Below are positions 41,900 through 55,286 of a stretch of DNA of 64,000 nt, in pieces. The position numbers and the translations under genes are program-made. The notes under the pieces are model-generated. The model was not told the DNA's origin. It did no database searches and saw nothing but the letters and a program-made list of their open reading frames with translations. Position 1 is the stretch's first letter; each line of letters opens with the position of its first letter. Origin of the DNA: the human T2T-CHM13v2.0 reference genome, Homo sapiens; the NCBI RefSeq assembly GCF_009914755.1, contig NC_060936.1; one strand, 5' to 3'.

Positions 41900-43100
41900 G
41901 TACCTGGAAAAATGTCCAAGTAGCAGGATGAGTCCAAGGGGGTGTTTAGCAGGAAATAGGGGTCAACATAGGCTGCCAAAGGCCAGATCAGAAAGGGCTT
42001 CATATTTCATAAGTAGAAGTTATCAGTTTCTTCCTGAAGGCAGTGTGGAAACACTGAGGAATTTTATAAAGAGAAAAACACTCAAATATAATTTAGAAAA
42101 CCAGTTTAAGAGGTCTAGAGAGTGGACTGGAAAAAAACAGAATTCGAGGTGGGGACCAGGAGGAGACTGGCTAGAATTAGGGAGATCCTGAGTTCTCAGT
42201 GGGATTGGGGTTGGACGGGGGAAACAGTTGGGAGAAGGTGCCAGGTCTTCATAATGTTCGGCTATATGAGGAGGGGAAAAACAACACGGAGAAGCTGAGG
42301 ATATTACTGGTTTCAGAGACTCACAATTTAAAAAGAAGAGAAAGGATTTGATGAGGAAGGTCTTGAGTTCCATTTCTGAATGTTGTAAGTTGGTAGTGTT
42401 TAAGAAAGGTCAGAGTAGTGACACAGAGTTCAGAGCTGAAATATGGGTCTGGATTTCAACAGAAAGGTAGATTGAGCTAAAGGTACTTTTTCAGGAATCA
42501 CTAAAAGGTGGTAAGATAAGAAGTGGCCATGGTTGGGTGATTCAGGAAGGAGAGAAGAGGACACAGAATGAAACTCTGAGGTTAACAAGAGAAGGGAATC
42601 TGGAGGAGACCGAAGGTAGCCATGCAAGAAACAGAAAAATGATATATATGAGGCCAAAGGAGGAGAGAAGTTTAAGAAGGAGATAGTTACTAGTGCTAGA
42701 TGGGAAATGAAACATGTGCTTTGGATTTGGTAGTGAGACCATTGATAATTAACTTGATAATCGAGGATGTGAGAGAAGCAATGAGAATGAAAGGTGGGAG
42801 AAGAACAATGAGGCAGCAAGTACACTCTGTTCTTTTAAGACATGTATTTGAGAAAGGAAGGAAAAACAATACCAGAGGAGGCACTGGATTAAGGGAGTTT
42901 CTTTAATACAAGAAAGAACCTATTTGTATGCTGAGGGAACAGCATTAGAAAAGAGGGTACAGCTGAAGGTAGAGGAGGAAAACTGATGAAGTTACTAGGG
43001 TTGAGGTGAATGACCTGGAGCCCTTGTGGAGAGAATAGTCTTTTCCTGCTCTGAGGTGGAACAAAGTAGGAGGTGAAGTGTGGGATGCAGTGAAGTTGTA
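41900..43100. mobile_element. Degraded L2-like LINE fragments
   Basis: Purine-rich sequence with L2-like motifs (ttggatttggtagtgagacc, gagctgaaatatgggtctgg). Boundaries uncertain. Confidence 0.45.
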
Positions 43101-44506
43101 GATAAGGGGACAGAGGATCTATTTAACACTGATTACACACTTGCTCTGCTAGAATCCCCCACGTGGACCAAAGAGATGGGTATGATTCCGTCCTTGTATT
43201 CGCCCTTCTCAAAGATTCACTTTAATGAAATGAATAAGTGAATATTTAACCTTATACTCCTTTAAACTGTAGACCAACATGTCCAGCAGTGGTCTACAGA
43301 GGGCAGGATGCTGGGAATGGCTACTTTCCTAGACAATTTTATTCTGACCTTGCTTAGAATTGGTAGTGCATGATGATAATAAAAATTTGTCTTTTAATCA
43401 GTTTCATTATGACCCTTCATTGTTATCTACTATAGATAACATGGCCTCCTATTGCCTGCAGACCCTTTCTTGCCACCGGCCCTTCGTTCATCACTGATGC
43501 CCAGGTCTGTGCTTCAAAGTTCCTCTTTGAAGCAAACATAAAAGCACAAAAATAATGTGGATGACCAGAGTAAAAGAACCAGAAAGAAGCTAAAAAATCA
43601 AGTTAAACCTCTTTATCTTTTAGAAGAAAATGAGGTCCAGATGAGTGAATGACTCAGGTGAGGCCACCAAACCCAGGAACGGCAGGGCTGGGTCTGGAAT
43701 CCAGTTCTCCTGACTCCCAGTTAGCCTTAGGGAGAAAGTTCCATTTTCTCTACCTTTCCACACTGAATCACAAAAAGCAATTTAGTGATATCTACGTAAG
43801 TGAATGTCACATGGAGACCTACATTGCCCATCAAGAAACCACAGGTATTTTAGGGGAGGAGGTGGAAAGAATGACTTGATCAATCTCTGTTTTCTTCCTG
43901 TTGTGGAGTCAAAGGGTTCAGTGTTTAAGGACTTTTAGAGATAAACACATTCCTTTATTTTTATGTCATCCATTGTTCCTTGGCAATACTTTCAAATAAT
44001 TATGAAGGATCAATTTTGTATTCTGCAGTTCTTAAAATCCCAAGCTATATTTTCTGAAGGGTGTGTTTGTGTGTGTAAACCATAACTATTTGCATAGGGC
44101 ATTGTGATGTATCATGGGAAATATATTCAAAATTTATATATGTGATTTAAAAACCTCAGGCAACAAAATATATGGGGTTAGAAAATGGAGACATGGAAAA
44201 TAAGAGGAGAATGAACCTGGGATATTACTTTGAGAACTTACTCTCCCACTACCCTGGTGTTCAAAGTTGGATACACTACAAGTCATGTTTTAAATATAAA
44301 ATTAAAGCTTCTTATTTTAAGAAACGCCATGGGAAAGCTTTACTTAATATTTTTGAGAGGCAAAGAATTAGTCTCTCATTTATGTATTTTGCAAATCCAA
44401 GTTTTCTTACATTGGATTTGCGTTTAATGGAAATGTATTGGTATAAAGTGAATCACATGTATAATACATCACAAAAAAGGTAAGGCAACAAAAATAATGT
44501 CATGGA

Positions 44507-44801
<295 letters not shown>

Positions 44802-45254
44802 TAAAAAATGCAGAGCTAAAACTTTAAAAAAAATTAATCTGTGGCATCAACTCCTGCCTAACTCCAGACAACGTGGGCTTTTGCAGGAAACACTCTGAGT
44901 TCATTCTCAGTCTTCTACCTACCAGAGTTTCATGACAATTAAACAAGATAGCATCTTGTGAGGTCAGTGAACCTCAATAAGCTAGAAATTGTCTTGTAGT
45001 TGAAGATGAACTTTGCTTGGATCTATACCATCTTGAATCTAGACAAGCTTAGCAGAATCAGACATACCTAACAGATTTTATCTAACACAGTTGGATTCCT
45101 TTGGGAGACAAGAAACACTACTTCATCTGACTGTCCATTTAGTGGTGAACAATTCTACCCAATTATGTCAATCATTACTAGTTCTTTCTTTTTTAGTTGA
45201 TGAATACTCTTTTTATAAAAAGCCACACGTAGGGTATACAGAACAAGCTCTTAC

Positions 45255-45523
45255 CTCTCTTGAAGTCCTATGGGCTTCATTTTGAAAGGAGAAGGGCAAA
45301 CAGAGGTAGCGGTGGTAGCTCTGATCTCAGGAGCACCTCGGCCTTGAGGGTCCACGACAACATTCAGTACCTTTGGGGCCTGCTCAGGTTGGACCATGCT
45401 GTGGACTGTCTTTGCCTCGGACAGTGCTGGCTGTAATGTGATGGGCGATAGGTGGATCTCCTGGTTTTTCTCTTTGTCTTGTCTTAAGGAAAGCTGAAAT
45501 CTTTCTTTTAATCTGTAAAGAAT
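45255..45523 (-). CDS. PTPRR: PTPRR juxtamembrane exon (probably exon 6), ILYRLKERFQLSLRQDKEKNQEIHLSPITLQPALSEAKTVHSMVQPEQAPKVLNVVVDPQGRGAPEIRATTATSVCPSPFKMKPIGLQE(R), 269 bp, phase 0-2
   Basis: Manual translation. Acceptor tctatAG at 45524-45525, donor GAG|GTAAGA at 45254. Joins the 809-623 exon in frame. Confidence 0.97.
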
Positions 45524-46126
45524 CTATAGAAGGAGATATAAAAAACTCCTGTCACATTTTCTCACACTAAACAAGAGTATGATCTCCTCCACCCCACCCT
45601 GGCCGACAAACCAAAATAAAGGCTTAACGATAAAGTAAACAAAGCCCTCTGAGAGATGATTTCTCAGTTTCATGGTATTGAGATTTTTCTCAAGACAGTA
45701 CACTTGGTATTTCCAGTTATGCTGCACATATGTATCAAATAATTGTGCACATGAATCTGTTCCACAAAGATATATTCAAAAGTAAATTTAACCAATTTTA
45801 TGAAAAATGCCAGATGTTAGTTTGGTCACATGGGGAAATGGTAGGCTTACAGAAGGAATAACCGTAAAACACACGTCTATGACATTTATAGAAATGGAGA
45901 TATACATCCAACATGGCTTAGTAGAAAAAAGTAGTCTTGCAAGTATTAATAAAATAATAGTTATGCCATAAACCACAGTTTCTTATGTTGGTAAATCTCT
46001 GCATTAGTCATATATCAACTTGAGTATCTGGTAAATACTTGACAAATTAAATTTAGGGTATCTATGAAAGAATAATTTGGACAACCAGAATTTTTATTCT
46101 TACCACTTTGCCCTCTTAAATTTTAA

Positions 46127-46222
46127 TATTTATTTTATTTTATTTCGATACAGGATCTGGCTCTGTTGCCCAAGCGAAAGTGCAGTGCTGTGATCATAGC
46201 TCACTGTAACCTCGAGCTCTCC
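46127..46222 (-). mobile_element. Short Alu 3' fragment
   Basis: (TTTTA)n tail plus ctctgttgcccaag...gtgcagtg...atagctcactgtaacctc. Confidence 0.8.
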
Positions 46223-47350
46223 TTAAGGGAAAAGACTATGCACCTACGAGATAGAACTAGAAATGCATATTAAACATTGAACTCCTAAGAAAAGAAAGAC
46301 ATTTTATTGTTTTTTATGTCAGTCCACCTCCTTGTAATCTGGAAACTTTTATACTGGTGATATTCATTGACTCTGGTAGGGTAAAGTTAAAGCTTAAATT
46401 TTGAAAAAAGGGTGGATTTGGAATATTCACATGATAAATATTTATCACATGAATGAGAAAGAAAAGATGTCTGATATTAAGTAAAAGGTCTTCTTACCTT
46501 TATAATAACTACTTTCAAGCAAGTGTAATGTGTTTTTTTAAGCTATAGGATGGAAAAGACTGAAGATGAATGCCTTTATCATGTGCATAGTGTCTAAGGT
46601 TTTTAACTCACTGCTTCTCTTCAGTTTCCATGACCTTCACGGTGTAAAAACAAAACCTGCACTAGAACAGTATCAATCAGATGATACATATATTTTAGGC
46701 TTATTGTGTTCAGCTAAACATTTAATTACTAAACGATGAGGCAACAGAATTTAAAATATTGTTTTAGTTGCAAGAAAGTTATTTTCCCAAATGAAGAAAC
46801 AAATATATCTGTACCTTTACAAAAATACACTTAGAAGATAAGGCATATATTATATATTTTAAGCTCTTCACATCTAAATATAATATGCATATGAGAACAT
46901 TTGCTTGCCTGTTTACACTTGGATTTTGGAGAAATATGAATCAACAACGAAAATGGGAAAGCCAAGGAAATCTTGACCTTCTCAATTGTTCTTGACAGGT
47001 CAATTTTATGATTTATATTAGTGTAAAACAAAGTCTAGTCCAAAGTCCTTCCTTACCATTCATGAGCTTATGTTTTTGATGAGAAACCTTTGTAACATAT
47101 TTTCCAATCAGTCATCTGTTTACTTCATGTCTGGTTACAGGTCAACTTTGCAACCTGTCTCTGTGTGGTACGTGTACAAACTGATTTCTACATCTTTAAT
47201 TAGGGAAAAGTAGAACCTGGAGAATGTATGATGTATATAAGATAGTGTTTAAAAATACTCAAGAGATTGGGCTGTCTGAAAAAATATGGAAAAAATGGAA
47301 GAGATTGCTACTTGGCAATAGGGTAGTTGTCATGAAATTAAGCTATAAGG

Positions 47351-47584
47351 CAGTGATTCTCAACTGGCAGGGATTTTGCCCTCAGGAAACGTTTGGCAGT
47401 GTCTGGAGGTATTTTTGGTTGTCATATTTTCAGGGTGTGGGGGAAGGAGAAGGGAAAGGGTGCTACTGGCATCTGGTAGGCAGAGGCTAACTACCTTTAC
47501 AATGCATTGGAAAGGCTCACCACACACCCCCGCCAACAGAAATAGTAACTCCGAAATGTCAGTAGTGTTGTTTGTAAAACCCTG
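47351..47584. mobile_element. MER20 hAT-Charlie DNA transposon fossil
   Basis: cagtgattctcaac...tttggcagtgtctggag...tgctactggcatct...aaaccctg. Confidence 0.8.
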
Positions 47585-48589
47585 ACGTAAGGGATCATAA
47601 AATTTTTGTGGTGTAATCTCCTCATTTCACATTTAAGTCCTGAGCTATTAGATGAGTTATGGAGGTTTGGAAAGAAAACCTAGAATCCAAGTTTTGTGAC
47701 TTCCAGGTATGTGATCATTCAACTCTATTGTTTCCTCCAAAGTCTCATGTCCTTCTTTGAAACCTCTTTCCGAAAGCATCTGGAAAAGTGTGTCAGAGAT
47801 TTTTCTCTGCACAGATTGAGATCTGGAATATAGCATATTCATATTTCTCTATGGGAATTCACTTTGTTGAAAAACTCAACCTAAAAGCTTACCGTAGCAA
47901 TGGCAAGTCAACATTTTGCCTTCATCTCCAAGAGCTTGTTTGACTCTTGGACTGGAATAAAGTCATGTAATAATTTAAAAAAGGAAAAGAGAACAGATTA
48001 TTGAATGAGAGGAGCTGTAAAACTCAAACTATAGCAAGAGAAAGAAAATAATAGTGGGAATAAAAAAACCAGAGGAACACAGAAATGGGAGGAAGCTAAA
48101 AAAATTCGATGAAGCTTTTCTGCAGCTTAAAATTTTCGTTCAAAAATCTCATGAGTAACACAAAACATTCTGTCAAATGTGTTCAGATTTCAAAACGATG
48201 CCACCAACCACTAGTCTTTAACATTTGTTCTTTACAGTGTTTTACAATTAGTTCTGAAAGAGTTCATTCACTCTTTTAATTTAATAATCCTGAGTCAATC
48301 CCTACTACATTCCATAAACAAGATATTGTAGATGCAAAAGTAACACAGAACTCTGTCTTCTGGGAATTCATAGGCTTCCAGAAAAGATAAATGTGTAAAA
48401 ATTATGTTCAGTACAAAGTACTAAGTGCAAAAATAGAGGTGTGCCCACAGCACAGAGGTATAATGTGGCACACATTTACCAGTTCCATCTGGGTAGAATG
48501 GCTCTGATAAATACAGCCATTCGCATCTGCTACTACTGGAGTTATTTGTGGCCAGAAATATATGTTCACAAGACAGAGTGATAAGACTA

Positions 48590-48622
48590 AAAACAACAAC
48601 AACAACAACAAACAACAACAAC
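48590..48622. repeat. (AAC)n microsatellite
   Basis: Direct inspection. Confidence 0.9.
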
Positions 48623-50164
48623 CACAGTTTGACTCCTTTATGAAAACAAATGGAATTATGGTAAAGAATGCTGACTTTCAATTTAGATAGACTTGGGTTT
48701 GAATTTTTACCACTTTCTACTCTGCCACCCCCATATCCACCCATTGCATGTTCTTGGTCAAGTCATTTATTTTTTCTGAATCTTAGTTTTCTCATAAGTA
48801 AAATTAGGAAACTAAAACATGTTAGGCATTTAGCACTACAGTAAATTTAGTACCAGTTTAGTACCAATAAGTGTGCAATAAATGGAAGAAACTAATTTTT
48901 AATGTTATTACTATTAAGACAATTGTATTCTTCTTAATACAGAAAAAAAATTGAAAATTAATTTGAGATATATGCCTACCTAACCAATCATTCCAGTTAG
49001 GAATCTGGTCCTAGTTCCCTTCATCCCGAGGGATTATATTTAACAAATGAGAAAATTATGTCCACCTTTGACATGTATTTATTACATGATGTTAAGGCTA
49101 TAGCAGGTGGTTCAATGTAGGATTTCTTGCTGTGGCTACCAGACTACAACTAGAGAAACTCTTTCCCTCCCATATGGATGACTCTCCTATGGGTCTAACA
49201 TGCCAGTGTTTTTATTGATCCAAACAACTATTTTCATGTGATTTCTAAAACTGCTTTCCAGAAGCAATCTGGCCTGTAGACATCTCTAGCTATATTTCAT
49301 AAATGTCTTTGTACTTGTTAATAAACCTGTAAGGACATTTGGATGTCTAATTTAGATGATAAATGGTGTTCTTTCTATTATTTGTTCAAGTTTAAGAACT
49401 AATTCTTCTTAGTAGGTTTCTTTCATCTAAAACAGACTGAATGGATTGGAAGTTGCCCACACATTTTTTCTTGGAAAACTGTATTTTTCTATTTGTCGCT
49501 CCACCCACTGCACATTCACATTTGTGAGGTGCTAAATAAGTCAGCATATTTGAAAATGTCATGCCTGTCTAATTTTATGCCTGGCAACATTTTTTTTTTG
49601 TATTTTAAGGAAAGTAAACAATATGCCACTTTTCAAAAATTCTGCCAAGTCTTATGTTGTTGTTACATAGCACATACAACCTTCCATTACAGCAATTTAC
49701 CTATATAATTTTATAATAAAACCCATGCTTTTCATTTCTACGGCATGTAGGAATGCCAATGCAAATGGAGGCACTTGATTTGTTATAAATATAATCAATG
49801 CCAGGGGGAAAATTCTGAGTTATATCTTTCCTTTGTCATGGAATCAACAAAACTATGGGAAACAGAGTTGGAATACATGTGTTTCAGAATCACGAAAGTG
49901 ATAGTACAAGTATCACCGAGAAATGCACGTGAAACACTTACTTTAAATCAAGCTTATTATCAAAATAATTTGAACACTTAGAAAGATGAGCTTATTTTAG
50001 ATAATCGCTTTGACATGTCCCTAAACATGAACTCTTGACTCCTCTGTGGTAAGTTCCATCAGATAAACTTGGCTTTGTGCTAATCCTATTAGGTAGTACT
50101 TCTTTTCTTGTGAATATGAACTTCCCGTCTGTGTGCTGCGGGTTCCTCTGTTACTTTTCAGAAT

Positions 50165-50476
50165 TTGTTTTTATTTATATATTTTTCAGAGGCAGAGAAT
50201 CTGAAGCCCAGGCTGGAGTAAAGTGGCATGATCATAGCTCACTGTAGCCTCAAACCCCTGGGCTCAAGTGCTCCTCCCCGTCAGTCTCCTCAGTAGCTGG
50301 GACTACAGGCATGTGCCATCAGCCTGGATGATTTTTTAAACCCTTTTTTTTTTTTTTTGTAAAGACAGGGTCTCACTGTGTTGCTTAGGCTAGTTTTAGA
50401 CCCCTGGGCTTATGCAATTCCCCTGCCTCTGCCTCCCAAGTGCAGGGATTACAGGCGTGAGCCACTGCACTTGGTC
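50165..50476 (-). mobile_element. Alu (AluJ-like)
   Basis: Diverged dimeric antisense Alu with an expanded T linker. Confidence 0.88.
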
Positions 50477-51114
50477 CCCCTGTTACTTTTAAAAGTGACT
50501 CCTTCAAATTAAAATTTAAGACAGTGTTTGAAATCCATCTAATTATTTCTTTCATTTCTTTAAGAACCATCTGAACACGCTCATCCTCATTCTGAACGTG
50601 TCCCTCTCCCAGGAAATGAGAACATTTCCACACAGTCAGGGAAGCCAAATAACCTAGGAGTCATCCTTAATTTTACCCCTGTTGCTGAGGATTGGGACAC
50701 AGCAAGTTTTGTCGGTTCTACTTTCAAATAGATCTCAATCCTTCACTTCTCTCCTTCCCCACCACCCACCCCTGTTCTATGCCACCAGCATCTTCTTCAC
50801 TGGGATATTGCAGAAGCCTCCAGAAAGATCCTCCTCCTTCCACAACTCTCCCCATCCTCTGTCCACCACCACTTTCTACCAGAAGAAAATGTGATTTTTA
50901 AACACACACAGCAGATCATATCAAGGCTCTGCCTAAAACATTCTTCCCCTAGAGCCTGAACAGGCTAAGCTTATTCTAACTGCACCCACAGTACCCTCTG
51001 CCTAGGGGTCCTTTACTCACATATTCACCCATAGGTCTCAAACATCTCAGGTTGCTCTGCTCCACTCACTCATTATTATGGTTTCTTCTTCATAGCACTT
51101 ATCAACATTTGATT

Positions 51115-51530
51115 TTTTAAATTAATATACTATTTTTTAGAGTAGTTTTAGGTTTACAGAAAAACTGAGCAGAAAATACCAAGTTCTCACATACCCTTCT
51201 TCCCTATCTCTTCATTTTCCCGTTATTAACATCTTGCATTGGTGTGATTCATTTGTTGCAACTGATGAACCAATATTGATGTATTATTATTAAAGTCCAT
51301 AGTGTAGATAGTGTAGATTAGAGCTCATTCTTCATACCTTGTACAGGTTTTGACAAATTCATAATGTCATGTATTCATCATTACAGAAAATAGAATAGTT
51401 TCACTGCCCTAAAATCTGCTGTCCCCTACCTAATCGTTCCCTTTCTCTGAAATCTCTGGCAACCACTGATATTTTCTATAGGCTTGACTTTTCCTGAATG
51501 TCATATAGTTGGACTCACATAGCATGTTCA
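51115..51530 (-). mobile_element. Old L1M 3' end inserted into an L2-like element
   Basis: ttttagagtagttttaggtttacagaaaaactgagc...ctggcaaccactgat, flanked by L2-like sequence at about 50560-51110 and 51540-51705. Confidence 0.65.
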
Positions 51531-53628
51531 CCATTTGATTTTTTAAAATTAACTTAATTATTTTCTATGTCTCCCTCTAGAGTAAAGACTTCAAGAAAAT
51601 AGGGATCTTATCTGTCTTGTTTTCTCCTTTGCCCACAGCACCAGCAACAAATAGACCCGCAGAGAATATTCTGCAGGAATCTGTTGATTGAATGAATAGA
51701 TGAATCCACCTGCTAACCCAATAGAGAGCAATCACCTATACTTCTGAAATGCTCCTTTCTTGATTTGTTCTAATAACGTTAGAGTCGACTTCCCTAAGTT
51801 TCTGACCTTTACATTGATGTTTTGCAAATATTGGGAAAAGAAGAGTCATCCTCTGGCCCCAAGTGGTTGAGGGTGTGACTACTATAGGTCCTTTTGCCAC
51901 AAGACCAACATAGGCATTTATCTAGTTACATTCAGTACATGAGCACGCCCTGAGTTAGAAATGCAGAATCTGAAACACATTCTATATGTTAATAGCAAGC
52001 TCTGCTCTGTTTCTGCTGCCCTTTAGTACTCAAAGGCTGGGCATGACTCTGCTTTCCCACTTCCCTTCTTCTATCCTTGCCTTTGCTCTTCTGAATCACA
52101 TCCATTGATCCCCTGAATATTTTCCACTTTTATCACTTTCAATTCCTTTCTATTCTCCCCCTTCTCTTATCCTTTCTCATCTGCAAAGCAGAAAAACACC
52201 CTAATTGTGACTGACAAGAGAGGGAACAGCACTTGAGATTTCCCATATAAAGGAAGAATCACGTATATTAAAATGCAATTAACCATAACAAGGAACTATG
52301 TCCTTTAAAACAGAGATGCCCAGAAGACGCTGCCATAATTTCCCAAAACCTCCCACTTTCTCTCATTAAAATTCTTTCCTCTTAATCTCTGCCATGTGAA
52401 ATATAAAAATCAGTTTTTACTCAATTCTAAATTATTCTTTTGTTTATTGAGTCACAATTCTTAGAAATTTTTTTTTTCTTAATGCTTGACCCATAGGAGC
52501 TACCTCTGAATTCATTATGGTGGAAGATTTAGGGTACTCTTGTTACTTCACAGATTTTAAACTCTAGAAAACATGCTTATCTTCACCCTGTTTAAGACTG
52601 TGCTTGTTTTATATCCTCTAAGTTTAGCCCATGCAGCCTGTCTTTCCAGAGGGAGCCCCAATCTTTCTAACAGTAACCCCTTCCCAGTAGGGGAAGCAGA
52701 AATAAACAAAATCCAATAAAACACTTAGCAACATTGTTGATTGTGGAGAGAAATAAGTAACATAATGACTTTTGGGGGGCACTTAAAAACTAAGGAAGAA
52801 GTATTTATTTAAATGTACAAAATTAAAAAGAACATAGCTCACAGGGAAAAAGGACATTAAAACCTATTTGTAAACTCTAATTATTATATTACATCTTGAA
52901 ATTTTCAAATGAGTAGAAACATCTTATTCTACCCTAAAGATACCGTTAGTTCATTCAATGCCAAATAGTACTGCTTAATTTAGTGGGTTAAGTTTGTTTT
53001 GGGTTCTATTTTTAAAATTAGAAACATGCTTTTAAAGGCTACACATTATTACTTACAGAGCTATTCCAGCATATACATTTATACTTTTGTACTATTTATC
53101 CACCTTAAAAATGAATTAGTAGTCTACCTAACTTAGCCTTTGAGGGTATAATCATCTCCTTTTCATAGAATGCTTTCAAGTCCTTTTAAAAATAAGGAAA
53201 TCAACCATTCCTTAGGGAGTAATCTTGTCTCAAAGACATATCTCTTTTTAAATTTTTTCCTGAGTTCCATAAAGATGATATAAAAGGAGAAATAAAGTAA
53301 ACCCAAAGTGTGCCCGTGAGACTTTACTGACTTTGAGGGCTTCAGTGACCTCAGTAAATCACTGTCTAAAGCTTCATTCTCAGAGTTGATCAAGTTACTA
53401 AAAACTGCATTGCAATTACAGCCTTATTATTCAGGTCAGCATCCTTAATTCCATAAGCTCTCCTTTAGCAATCGCTCTGATGTCAGATATGAAATATTCC
53501 TAATCTAGCAGGATCATAGTCTTCCTTCTGCTCGGAAGCATTTTAACATTCATTTGAATGGCAATGTACCCACTAATATCAAGCAGTGGGCTGAGCAAAG
53601 GATAAAATATACAAAGAAGCAAACTTAC

Positions 53629-53739
53629 CATCAAACACGTTACTATAATAACAAAGATGCTGAGAAAAATGACAACAGCATAAAATCCTTCTTTGCTCCA
53701 GATTTTGTCCGCTTCATGCTGCCCTTGTAAAACATTTTT
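53629..53739 (-). CDS. PTPRR: PTPRR transmembrane exon (probably exon 5), KNVLQGQHEADKIWSKEGFYAVVIFLSIFVIIVTCLM, 111 bp, phase 0-0
   Basis: Lies within ORF 53500..53853 and encodes a hydrophobic TM helix. Acceptor ttttaaAG at 53740-53741, donor ATG|GTAAGT at 53628. Confidence 0.97.
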
Positions 53740-54300
53740 CTTTAAAAGCAAAACAGAAAGTCCGACGTTAAATGAGAGCTTGAGAAAACTGGCGTTCTTA
53801 TCAGACACTAAACATATTTTTAGCCTTATTCCATTCAGTGTAGTGCAACACACCTACACCCCCCGCTGCCAGAGCTGCTTCTCAAACTGATCTAAGACAA
53901 CAGACTGCCATCCTTATATATCGAGATTATTTAGTCTCCTATGCAGGAGCAAGCGTGCCTGACATGGCATCTGCAGGTCCCAGGCTTTCTAAACATCCCT
54001 CAGCGTCTCTCTTGGAAACTACCTGGTTCATAGGTAAGAGAGTTCTGTTCTTTTCTGTGTGGAGGAAATTGTTTCTGATTTCCTTACTCTGTTTTAAGTC
54101 CCCTCCCACAACATCAGCACCCTGGATTACGTGCTGTACTACCTCTTTACTTTTAAACAAAAGTGAAACAAGTGCAAACAAAAGCTTGTGGTGCATTAAT
54201 AAATACAGCAACAATGCCAGCATTATTTCCTTCTTTCTTTTAATCACATCTTTTTTTTTTTTCAAATAGAGTCTCTGCTGTCAAAACCTGACTAAAATAT
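53740..54300 (-). promoter_or_regulatory. PTPRR: Candidate internal promoter / alternative 5' exon region for short PTPRR isoforms
   Basis: No recognisable repeats and several retained CpGs. Two plausible donors: CAG|GTAGTT at 54022 and TAG|GTGTGT at 53853. The TSS cannot be determined from sequence. Confidence 0.55.
54023..54031 (-). CDS. PTPRR: Coding part (ATG AAC CAG, MNQ) of an alternative internal first exon (gamma-type short isoform)
   Basis: ATGAACCAG|GTAGTT donor is in phase 0 with the TM exon. Matches my recollection that a short isoform replaces SPE with MNQ. Confidence 0.7.
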
Positions 54301-55278
54301 CATCTCAAGAATACATATTGTTAGAATATCACATATTTTTCTAAAGTAATACGGAACATTAAAAAGTTCAGAATTATTTGTCAATAAAAGGTAGAATACA
54401 CAGGTTTATCTTTATTTGTATCATTTTTGTTCCACTTTGGGGGTGGAAGAGCAGAGAAGAAGCATGAATAAAGTGTGCATGACTCTATTAATTTTATTTT
54501 ATTAATTTTTTTAAAGAAGCACATTGACTAAAATCCATTCTTAGATTAAAATTCAGTTGTATAATTTAGTGACAGTATAGATTTATAGTTAACGAAACTA
54601 ACTTGAAACCAAATAGTCCATGATTGGGAAAAACATATAAAGGCTAAATCAAGTCAAATGCTTTAACTCATCTAAAATTTCATTTTGTTGAAGGGTGCCT
54701 TTTTATTGCCTTTAGTGAGAGTACATGTCTGTCCTTGGTTATTGTTTCCAGTGATTAAGAAGGCCTGGAGTAAAACACGTCTTGTAGGTGTCTGAACTTT
54801 GAAATCATTGCTAATTTATTTTTAAGGCTTTTAAAAAATAAAATATACCCAACATTTATAAATCAGACAAAAAATTTACCTTGAAAAATATTTTATGAGA
54901 ACTTTCATTCTGGAATGCAAGTGTGTTTTGGTGGGAAGATAAGCAAGGCTGAACAGAAAAGATTTTTGAGTTCAATTTTGATTACAAAAATTATTTGGAG
55001 AAAGCCTTTATTAAATGCTAACGTAATCAGGATTCTATTTTCTTTACTTGTAAAACAGCGATGTGCTCACTAATTATAGTAGAATAGTATCTGGCCTACT
55101 TTCTAAGACATAGATAGATGCATAGATACAAGAAATGATTTAGGTATGTATTTTAAAGATATATAAATGATAAATCGATGGAGAATCTGAAAACACTTGA
55201 TTGATAAAATGATTAGAAACCAAGTACCCTGCTGCAAAACAACTTTGGGTTCAAGCGACAAATTTTCTTTCACCTCTT

Positions 55279-55286
55279 TGACGTCA
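55279..55286. promoter_or_regulatory. Full palindromic CRE (TGACGTCA)
   Basis: Exact motif with intact CpG, about 1.2 kb upstream of the MNQ start codon. Function unknown. Confidence 0.35.
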
